IMG/VR virus record: IMGVR_UViG_3300043399_000788
Location: 15,302 to 79,301 of that record
DNA from: a virus
DNA length: 64,000 nt
Strand: one strand, 5' to 3'
Numbering within the stretch: the stretch's first letter is position 1; the number at the start of each line of letters is the position of its first letter. A program made the translations under genes and the position numbers. This document shows, piece after piece, positions 1 to 7,790 of the stretch. The notes below the pieces were generated by a model. The model was not told where the DNA came from, ran no database searches, and saw only the letters and a program-made list of their open reading frames with translations.

Positions 1-1617
1 TACACCGCTTGTATCCATGCCGCTATCAACCATTTCGTCAATAAACAGCAAGTTTATTGGCTGATAAAGCCCTTCCCAAACGTCTCTAAATGCCCAACTT
101 AAACTCAAAATAAGTCGGTTTCTTTCACCTCTAGATAGGTTATCAAAGTCCAATTCCCTGCCCAGTTCCTCGATTAAAACAGTTAAATCTGACTGGAATT
201 TAACGGAATGTGGTAGACCAATCTGCTGCAAATAGTAATGCAAACGTGCATTTAAGTATGCAAGATTTTGATCAATGATAGTCTTACGTATGAAAGAATC
301 CTTGTTTGTAAGCAGTTTAAGCAAGAATTCTTGGTGTTCCTTAAACTTAGTTAGCTCATTAATATGATCCCAACTAATTTCTTCAACAGCAGAGATCCGC
401 ATATCTGCAATTTGCTCGATATACGGATCCTGCTCTGCCAGCCTATGCTCCAGCTGTGAACTTAACTTATCAATACTATTTCTATGCTCCATAGCTTGCT
501 CAATGCTATCGTAAAACACTTTAGGTGCTTTGCCAATATCACCAATTTCAGCAAGCGTTGCTTCAAACTCATCTGTTTGAGATTGTAGCTTAAGCATGTG
601 CTTTTCGCTATCTTCTTTTTGCTTTAACTTACCAGCAAGGATTGTTTCTTGCTTGTTGTCATGCAATTTGCTGCCACAAGCAAAGCACTTGTGATCTTGT
701 AGATCAGCAATTTCCTTGTTTAGCTTATCATAACTCTTTTCTTCTTTAACGTAATCAGCACGAATGCTCTTAAGCCACTTCTCTGCTTCTTGCTTACGTT
801 TTACTTTAGTGTGGTACTCTGAAAGCTTTTTGTGATTTTCAATCTCAGCTTCAACATCAATATCTTTTAGATCTTCGAGTGCTTGTACTAAACGAGAAAT
901 ATCTTCTTCACGTTTTGTTTCCCAAAGCTTTTGACGGCGCTCTAAGCTTTCAATTTGTTCCTGAATTTTTTTGTTAGCATCCTGCATCGCTTTAATGCGA
1001 TACTCTTCCTCAGTAACAGCGTCTTTAGTAGACTTTACTAGTTCTTTTAGACGCTCTGCTTTTGCACTTAACTGTGTAATACCAAGCAACTGCTCAATGA
1101 TTTCACGTTGATCGTTGGCGCGCATTGATAGGAAAGGTTCAGTGTATGTGTTAAGTGCGAGTACATGCTTAAACATGTCATGACTTAGACTTAGTAGAGA
1201 TTCGATTTCTTTTTGTGTTTCTCTACTATCACCTTGAGCATCATCCTCAATGTCTTTTTCTGTTTTGTCTAAACCGTTAACATAAAACTTTAGTACGTTA
1301 GGTTTACGACCACGTTCGATTCGATATTGGTTACCATTAATTTCAAAATCAATTGTAACTAACATGTTCTTCCCGTTAGTTTTATTGATTAAGTTTTCTT
1401 TTTTAATGTTTGTGAGTGCAACACCAAATAGCGCATAACTTAGTGCATTAATCATTGTGGTTTTGCCTGTACCGTTTCGTGCACCAGCATCGTCACCACC
1501 AAGATCCATGTTTTGTCCAAGTACAAGTGTTAGATCATTACGATCAAAGCTTACGCTTTGTGTAACGTTACCAACACTCATAAAGTTTTTAACAGTTAAA
1601 GCTTTTAATTTAAGCAT
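1..1617 (-). CDS. gp46: T4 gp46/SbcC/Rad50-like recombination nuclease ATPase subunit (3' end runs off the window)
   Basis: Manual translation from the ATG at 1617, which overlaps the gp47 stop as TGATG: MLKLKALTVKNFMSVGN...NGTGKTT (Walker A), coiled coil with zinc hook CFAC, signature LSRGE, and Walker B/D-loop LFIDEMVDSGMD. Absent from the ORF track because it is truncated. Confidence 0.93.
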   Translation of the reverse strand, partial: MLKLKALTVKNFMSVGNVTQSVSFDRNDLTLVLGQNMDLGGDDAGARNGTGKTTMINALSYALFGVALTNIKKENLINKTNGKNMLVTIDFEINGNQYRIERGRKPNVLKFYVNGLDKTEKDIEDDAQGDSRETQKEIESLLSLSHDMFKHVLALNTYTEPFLSMRANDQREIIEQLLGITQLSAKAERLKELVKSTKDAVTEEEYRIKAMQDANKKIQEQIESLERRQKLWETKREEDISRLVQALEDLKDIDVEAEIENHKKLSEYHTKVKRKQEAEKWLKSIRADYVKEEKSYDKLNKEIADLQDHKCFACGSKLHDNKQETILAGKLKQKEDSEKHMLKLQSQTDEFEATLAEIGDIGKAPKVFYDSIEQAMEHRNSIDKLSSQLEHRLAEQDPYIEQIADMRISAVEEISWDHINELTKFKEHQEFLLKLLTNKDSFIRKTIIDQNLAYLNARLHYYLQQIGLPHSVKFQSDLTVLIEELGRELDFDNLSRGERNRLILSLSWAFRDVWEGLYQPINLLFIDEMVDSGMDTSGV

Positions 1618-2630
1618 CAAAGATTCTCGTAAATTTGTAGTAATAGTTTTGAGTCGTAGAACTCACTCTCAACATTTGCTAACTGAGTATGCACGATTTG
1701 ATCAACTGATTCAAATTTCACTTCGGTAGTAGTATCAAATCCAGCTTCGTCCTGCTTTTGTGGAATTAATGCAAGTTCACGCGGCTTATACTGTGCATCG
1801 AACGTTTCTCGAATAAAGTTGGCTTCCTCATAGGAGATAGGAATATCAATGTTAACACGCAAATAGCTTTCAGGTGTTAAGTGATAATCTGGATTATCCA
1901 ATAGCTGACTAAGTTTAATAACACGATACTTTGGTGCTTTGTCCCATGCATAATAATCATGGTTACCATCCCAGTTTAGGATCATAACGCCACGTTCATC
2001 ATCCCAAGCATCGCTGTAATCATGTGGGAAAGCATTTCCAATATAATGAATATTTTGTCTGTTTTGTCGTTTATGGAAATGCCCAGTCCACACATACTCT
2101 ACACCGCCTAAATCCTCAGCTTGGATTTCGCCGTGATCTGGCATTTCTACCATACTATTCATTTTAAACTTAGGTAGTTCGAAGTGTCCAAATACGTGCT
2201 TAGCATTAAGCTTACGCATTGTTTTATATTCATCTTGAACTAGCCAAGGCACCATAACCATATCGCCTTCACGATAAAGATCATTATGTATATGAATGTT
2301 AGGAATGTGATTTGCCCATTCCATTGAAGCAATCGTTCTCTTATCACGATAGTATAGATCATGATTGCCTACAATAAAGTCGGCACGATCAAATCGTTCG
2401 TTAATTAATTCCAAAGCTTTTAAGCTTGCAGTAAGTGTATATAAGCTAATGCTGGCACGATTATGATGCCAGTCGCCTGTGAACAATACACGATCACAAC
2501 CTTTTTCAACGCCAAGCTTTGTAGCCCAGTCGACAAAGTCTAAGCAGTCTTGGTTAAACTGTTGACTGTTAGACTTTTTGCCAAAATGAATATCTGTAAA
2601 AACGAGAGCACGATTAAAAGGGTTAGTCAT
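1617..2630 (-). CDS. gp47: T4 gp47/SbcD/Mre11-like metallophosphoesterase nuclease subunit
   Basis: Motifs DIHFG, GDWHH, GNHD, GHFE and GHFH; adjacent to gp46. Confidence 0.93.
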   Translation of the reverse strand: MTNPFNRALVFTDIHFGKKSNSQQFNQDCLDFVDWATKLGVEKGCDRVLFTGDWHHNRASISLYTLTASLKALELINERFDRADFIVGNHDLYYRDKRTIASMEWANHIPNIHIHNDLYREGDMVMVPWLVQDEYKTMRKLNAKHVFGHFELPKFKMNSMVEMPDHGEIQAEDLGGVEYVWTGHFHKRQNRQNIHYIGNAFPHDYSDAWDDERGVMILNWDGNHDYYAWDKAPKYRVIKLSQLLDNPDYHLTPESYLRVNIDIPISYEEANFIRETFDAQYKPRELALIPQKQDEAGFDTTTEVKFESVDQIVHTQLANVESEFYDSKLLLQIYENL

Positions 2631-2637
2631 GCTTTAA

Positions 2638-2666
2638 AATATAAACTTGTAATCAATCGTTTACAA
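2638..2666 (-). promoter_or_regulatory. Putative sigma70-type promoter for gp47-gp46 (TTGTAA-17-TATATT), predicted leaderless
   Basis: Minus-strand TTGTAA at 2666-2661, 17-bp spacer, TATATT at 2643-2638, 7 nt before the ATG at 2630, and no SD. Confidence 0.5.
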
Positions 2667-2671
2667 GTTTA
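2642..2671. repeat. 11-bp perfect inverted repeat (hairpin, terminator or operator) between gp55 and gp47
   Basis: TAAACTTGTAA (2642-2652), 8-nt loop, TTACAAGTTTA (2661-2671). Confidence 0.7.
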
Positions 2672-3460
2672 ATCTTGATGCCAATCGTTTTGTCTAGAAT
2701 ATGATGGATTCATATTGTTCATTTCCAATATGTCATCACGGATATTTTGATTCTTCTTTTCAATGTTTAGGATGCGTGTGAAGCTGTTAGTTATTGTTGC
2801 TGTATAATAAGCAAACGGGTTTGCGGATTTAGATTCATCAAATTGCAAACCAACTTGGCTTAACTGTAGCAGTGCTTGGCTACGCATTTCATCATTGTAA
2901 GTATATCCTCGCCAGTTGCCTCTTGTGCCATAACGTTCGCAAAGTTTCATAAACATCTTAGCAAGTTCATTGGTAATTTTACCTTGTTCCTTGCTAAAGT
3001 ATCCGTTTTGCATACCACCAATCCAGTGACTCTTTCCAACACAATATGGTTGATCATTTTCATCTAAACGATAATGTTGGAAAGGTGGAAAGTTAATCTT
3101 AACATGATGGTCGCTTTTTAGCTTTGGGGTCTTTTTACGACCTGGTGCTAGTGGAATATGATCGAACGTCATAATCCTAAATACTAGCTCTGTTTTTTCA
3201 ATTTTCTTATAGTCTACTCTAAACTGCTCTTGCTTAACTTTTGAGTCTGTTTTTAGTGCAGTTTCCCATGCTTCTTTAGTTAAACGATCTGCACGGTTTT
3301 TCTTTGCTTGTGCAATAGTAATTCGATTTATCTTAGATAAACTTGGTAATATAATATCATACTGTGAATCCTCAGGCGCCAAGTATGAGCAGTAAGTGTT
3401 TTTGCTTTTATGTATTTCTTTTAGCAAATCACGATTGTTTAAATAATTTACACGAACCAA
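2669..3460 (-). CDS. gp55: T4 gp55-like late-transcription sigma factor
   Basis: N-terminal NYLNNRDLLKEI and C-terminal NWRGYTYNDEM...FDESKSANPFAYYT...SFTRILNIEKK are typical of gp55. TTG start with AGGAG SD. The 55-47-46 order matches T4-like phages. Confidence 0.85.
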   Translation of the reverse strand: MVRVNYLNNRDLLKEIHKSKNTYCSYLAPEDSQYDIILPSLSKINRITIAQAKKNRADRLTKEAWETALKTDSKVKQEQFRVDYKKIEKTELVFRIMTFDHIPLAPGRKKTPKLKSDHHVKINFPPFQHYRLDENDQPYCVGKSHWIGGMQNGYFSKEQGKITNELAKMFMKLCERYGTRGNWRGYTYNDEMRSQALLQLSQVGLQFDESKSANPFAYYTATITNSFTRILNIEKKNQNIRDDILEMNNMNPSYSRQNDWHQD

Positions 3461-3494
3461 TTAAAGTTCTCCTAAATAACAGCACATTATATTG

Positions 3495-3525
3495 CCAATA
3501 AATATAGTTGGACAATATTTATTGG
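3495..3525. promoter_or_regulatory. Palindrome carrying late-promoter box AATAAATA on both strands
   Basis: CCAATAAATAT (3495-3505), 9-nt spacer, ATATTTATTGG (3515-3525), in the divergent gp55/baseplate intergenic region. Confidence 0.7.
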
Positions 3526-3532
3526 AACTCAC

Positions 3533-4717
3533 ATGGCAGATACTGGACTAAAACTTGCTGCAAAAGACGAATTAACAGCTAGACAACAAGAAATTGTGTC
3601 AAACGCTGCAAAGCAGCTTAACGTTTCTTATAACAATGTTGGATCAGTAATGCTTAGAAATGGCATACCTGAAACAATAAGTGTGCTTGGGGAAAAAGGA
3701 AATTATAATACAGGTCTTGTTCCTCTTTATGGAACGCTATTAAATGATCGAGAAAAAGCGCAGCTTATACAAGATCGTTTAGCTCAAAATGATCAAAATT
3801 TAGAAAGTTTAAATGGTGTTTCTAACTTACTTGGTAAAAATAAACAACCTACTGTTAGCTCTGCCGGCACAGATCGTGTAAGAGCGGAAACACTAGCTAA
3901 TCCAACTTTTGATCCAAGTAGTAATAGAAGATCAAATGCTGGCCTTCCACCAGGCGCACAAAATATTGGTGGATCTAATTCTCAACCTCTTGTTCGTTTT
4001 TCTAGTTCAGTTGGCGATGATACTAGAGTTAGAATTGTAGTCCCTTCAGGAACATTACAAGGCATTTTGCTTAGTGGTCCAGTATTATCTCCGCTAGCAT
4101 CAACTAATGGGGTATTGTTCCCTTATACACCGAGTATACAATTTACGCATGGCGCTCAATATAATGCTGAAAATCTAACACATAGCAACTATGCTTATCA
4201 ATTTTATCAATCAAGCAATACTGAATCGATAAACATTACAGCAACATTTGCATGTAAAAATTCAACAGATGCAGCATACGTTATAGCTGCACAGCATTTC
4301 TTTAGAACAGTAACTAAGATGTTTTACGGCACTGATCCAGAAGCTGGTCTTCCACCTCCTGTACTAAGATTAGAAGGACATGGCGATTATCAATTTGGAG
4401 CACATAATAGAGAAGTTGGTGGGGTACCTGTTGTAATAAACAGTTTTAGTGTTACACTACCAGAAGATGTTGATTACATTACAGCTAACACAAGTCCAGT
4501 TAGTGCAGGGGCTTTTAGAACAGCAGAAGCTGATCCATTTAGAGCAGGACAATTAGATGCTTCTTCGAGCTCACAAACAAGAGTTCCAATAGTACAGCAG
4601 TTTAGTATCACTTGCACTCCGCTATACAGTCGTAAAAGTATTACAAGCGATTTTGGATTTAAAAAGTTTGCAGCAGGTCAACTATTAGCAACATCTAGTC
4701 GCGGAGGATTCATTTAA
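3533..4717 (+). CDS. Putative baseplate tail-tube initiator-type protein (gp48/gp54-like)
   Basis: C-terminal half FPYTPSI...INITATF...PPPVLRL.G.G...VPVVINSFSVTLP resembles tube-initiator proteins of contractile tails; first gene of the baseplate cluster. Confidence 0.55.
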   Translation: MADTGLKLAAKDELTARQQEIVSNAAKQLNVSYNNVGSVMLRNGIPETISVLGEKGNYNTGLVPLYGTLLNDREKAQLIQDRLAQNDQNLESLNGVSNLLGKNKQPTVSSAGTDRVRAETLANPTFDPSSNRRSNAGLPPGAQNIGGSNSQPLVRFSSSVGDDTRVRIVVPSGTLQGILLSGPVLSPLASTNGVLFPYTPSIQFTHGAQYNAENLTHSNYAYQFYQSSNTESINITATFACKNSTDAAYVIAAQHFFRTVTKMFYGTDPEAGLPPPVLRLEGHGDYQFGAHNREVGGVPVVINSFSVTLPEDVDYITANTSPVSAGAFRTAEADPFRAGQLDASSSSQTRVPIVQQFSITCTPLYSRKSITSDFGFKKFAAGQLLATSSRGGFI

Positions 4718-5016
4718 TGGCACAGTACTTAACCAGCAGTCCTTATTTTAATACAGAAAAATATGGTGAATTTTTAGACACTTTAGTTTATAGACCAATT
4801 CCAAAAGAAGCCGACGACATTGTTTACACAATTAAACCACAACACGCTTTGCGCCCAGACTTGTTAGCATTCGACTTATATGGAGATGCTAACTTATGGT
4901 GGGTGTTTGCTGTTAGAAATCCAAACACCATTGAAGATCCAATATTTGATTTTCAAACCGGTGTAACAATATTTTTACCAAAATCAACCACACTAAAGAG
5001 AGTATTAGGTTTATAA
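4717..5016 (+). CDS. Baseplate wedge protein, gp53/LysM-like
   Basis: RPDLLAFDLYGDANLWWVFAVRNP..IEDP motif of gp53-like LysM wedge proteins. Confidence 0.75.
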   Translation: MAQYLTSSPYFNTEKYGEFLDTLVYRPIPKEADDIVYTIKPQHALRPDLLAFDLYGDANLWWVFAVRNPNTIEDPIFDFQTGVTIFLPKSTTLKRVLGL

Positions 5017-5017
5017 T

Positions 5018-7789
5018 ATGGCAAAGCGTGAAATAACCGCATCAAGTTCTCCAATTGAAATTAAAACAGCGCAAGATCAGATAGCAAAAGCTCAACAAGA
5101 GTTTAAGACGCTGTATCAACAAAAATATGCGGGCAAAGCATTTAACGCTGCGGAGTTACAGCGAGATGCAGCAGCAATTGCATCTAAATACGATTATGTT
5201 GATTACGGTACCCCTCCTAGTGTTGGTAATGAAATTAATATCGGTGGCGACACGTATTTTGTTAAAGGATTGAATAATCAAACTAATTCAGTTTCTCCAC
5301 CTGAAGCAAAAACAACTGTTAATCAAGACGATGCATTTTCTTCTGTTACTCCAAAAACTACAGTTGCTCCTGCTAACCCAACCCCAAAAACAAATAACCC
5401 AAATCAAGCAAAAACTAATCAAAGTACTAACAATAATGTTAACCCAGAACCTGCAACTAACTCCCCGCAAGTTCAACCAGAAACCGCAAGTCAAAGTCCA
5501 GCAAACAAAATTGGAAACAAGGATGCAACAGAAGCAGGTGCAGCGTTAGAAAGAGATTCATTAAAACAAGCAACACAACCACAAAACGGAGTAGTAAATC
5601 AACAACAAAATGATTTACCAACTACAAATAATTTGCCAGGTAGGTTATCTGATGAGTTTTCCAGTGATCCTGCAACTGTTACTTCTAAGAAGATAAATTC
5701 AGACGATGTTGCATCTGGGCGCCCAATGGGAACATCAATGAATGGATACGGAAATGTAAATGAAAACTTTCCTGATCCAGGTGCAACTAAACCAAACGGA
5801 ACAGTTTCAATTGATACAGCTAACTCAGTAAACATTCCAACATCTGCCCCAGGTACAAATAATAAACCAGGAATTACTGAGCGTCCTAATATTTTACATG
5901 AATACGTTAATTGGACTTATAAACTTGCATGGTATATGCTTGATAGAGACACTTATAATAGTATTGCTAAAACAGGCAACGTAACTGATGGCGTTGGAAA
6001 ATTGATTGCAAAAAGCGGCGGGGTAGGCGGAAATAAATCTAACGAGATGGCCGGTGATGTTTATTTTAGAAGTTTACGTTTTACAAGCGTAATAGGTAAT
6101 AGACAAGCTAGTGCAGCTACAAACAATTTTGAATTAGAAATGACAATAGTTGAGCCATATGGTGCAAGTTTAATTGGAGAACTTGCAGCAATGGCAGTTA
6201 ATCTTACAGGACAAGGAAATATAAGTCCAAGCGAAGTGCCTTACTTAATAGAAATTGATTTTGCTGGTTACAAAGACGACGGCACTATGATACCAAGCAT
6301 TCTTCAAAATGGTAAAAAATATATACCAGTTAAAATATTAACGGTAGAAATGTCGTTGACATCATCCGGTACAATTTATGTAATGACAATGGCACCGTAC
6401 TCATTTTTTGCAATGTCATCACGGTATGCAGATATGGAGTTTGGTATTACGTTAAAAGGTAAAACACTTTCTGAAATGCTTGGTGATGGACCAGGCGGAT
6501 TAATGGCACAATTAAATTTATGGGAAGAACTAAAAACAAATTCAAGCAAAGTTGCATCAGTTCCTGACAAATACGCTATTGAGATTTATAGTTTTAATAC
6601 AAAAGGTAGTAGAGATCAAGCAATGGCAAGTAGTCCATTTGCATATCCTGTTGTAGAAGGTGATGCTACTATTATGAAAACACGCCCATTTAGCAGCAAC
6701 AGTGTACAAGAAAGCACGTATACTATTCCACGCGGTAGTATTATTAAAGACGTAATTAAGAATATCGTTTTACATTCTCAATATTATAATTTGAGAGTTG
6801 ATCCTAAAAATCCATATGATCCAAAACGTGTAGCCGAGTTAATTAAAATTATTCCTGTAATTGAATTACTGCCAGAGTACGACAAAGCACGAAATGAATT
6901 TGCTAAAAAGATTACTTACAAAGTATTCAATACATTAAACTTTGGTGAAGTTTTACCAGGTGTTGGTAACGCTCCTGTCGAAGACTGGGGATATAGTAAA
7001 ACATATAATTGGTTGTTTACAGGAAAAAATGCAGACATTATTGATGCTAACTTAGTATTCAATATGATTTATTATACTAAAATGCAAACTAACGTTACTG
7101 AACAAAATACGATTAAACTTGGACAAACTGCTGACGGGTTGCGTGAATGGGCAGATCAATCAATGTTTAAAAAAGGTATTGCAACTAAAGGTGGCGGAGT
7201 AAGTAGTTCAGGTGCAAACGTTCCTGAAAGATATATTAATGCTACTGTTGCTGCCGAATGGTTTGACTCAAAACTTAATAGCAGCAATACAGATAACGTT
7301 GCATTAGATTTAAGAATAATTGGCGATCCAGATTGGATACCACAAGATGGTAGTTTAAGAGGAGGCGCAATCGAAGTTGGAACAGATTTAGTTGATAAAC
7401 ACGGCAGTATTTCCGTTGACGTTGCAGGGGTTTATGTAAAATTGAACCTAAGAACACCACGTGATTATAATGATAAAACTGGTTTGATGGATCTTAAAGC
7501 AGATCAACTTACTATACAAGGTGTTTATCAAGTTATTACCGTAGAAAGTAATTTTGAAGATGGAAGATTTACCCAAACATTAAACATGATAAAAGTTCCA
7601 AATCAAAAAGAAGAAGAATCAGCTAGCTCAGTTAGACAGCGAGAAAATAATATAATGGGACGAGGTGGCGCATTGCCACAAGGGGCAGACCCTGCACTCT
7701 CTCGAGTACCTAGACCTAATGCTAATAATAATCAAGCAGTTAGATTAGGTAACGACTTATTTGGGCCAATTAGCGGGAATTTAAGATAA
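5018..7789 (+). CDS. Baseplate hub protein (gp27/GpD-like) with low-complexity N-terminal region
   Basis: C-terminal LRIIGDP...GVYQVITVESNFEDGRFTQTL hub motif; position between the gp53-like and gp5-like genes. Confidence 0.6.
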   Translation: MAKREITASSSPIEIKTAQDQIAKAQQEFKTLYQQKYAGKAFNAAELQRDAAAIASKYDYVDYGTPPSVGNEINIGGDTYFVKGLNNQTNSVSPPEAKTTVNQDDAFSSVTPKTTVAPANPTPKTNNPNQAKTNQSTNNNVNPEPATNSPQVQPETASQSPANKIGNKDATEAGAALERDSLKQATQPQNGVVNQQQNDLPTTNNLPGRLSDEFSSDPATVTSKKINSDDVASGRPMGTSMNGYGNVNENFPDPGATKPNGTVSIDTANSVNIPTSAPGTNNKPGITERPNILHEYVNWTYKLAWYMLDRDTYNSIAKTGNVTDGVGKLIAKSGGVGGNKSNEMAGDVYFRSLRFTSVIGNRQASAATNNFELEMTIVEPYGASLIGELAAMAVNLTGQGNISPSEVPYLIEIDFAGYKDDGTMIPSILQNGKKYIPVKILTVEMSLTSSGTIYVMTMAPYSFFAMSSRYADMEFGITLKGKTLSEMLGDGPGGLMAQLNLWEELKTNSSKVASVPDKYAIEIYSFNTKGSRDQAMASSPFAYPVVEGDATIMKTRPFSSNSVQESTYTIPRGSIIKDVIKNIVLHSQYYNLRVDPKNPYDPKRVAELIKIIPVIELLPEYDKARNEFAKKITYKVFNTLNFGEVLPGVGNAPVEDWGYSKTYNWLFTGKNADIIDANLVFNMIYYTKMQTNVTEQNTIKLGQTADGLREWADQSMFKKGIATKGGGVSSSGANVPERYINATVAAEWFDSKLNSSNTDNVALDLRIIGDPDWIPQDGSLRGGAIEVGTDLVDKHGSISVDVAGVYVKLNLRTPRDYNDKTGLMDLKADQLTIQGVYQVITVESNFEDGRFTQTLNMIKVPNQKEEESASSVRQRENNIMGRGGALPQGADPALSRVPRPNANNNQAVRLGNDLFGPISGNLR

Positions 7790-7790
7790 A

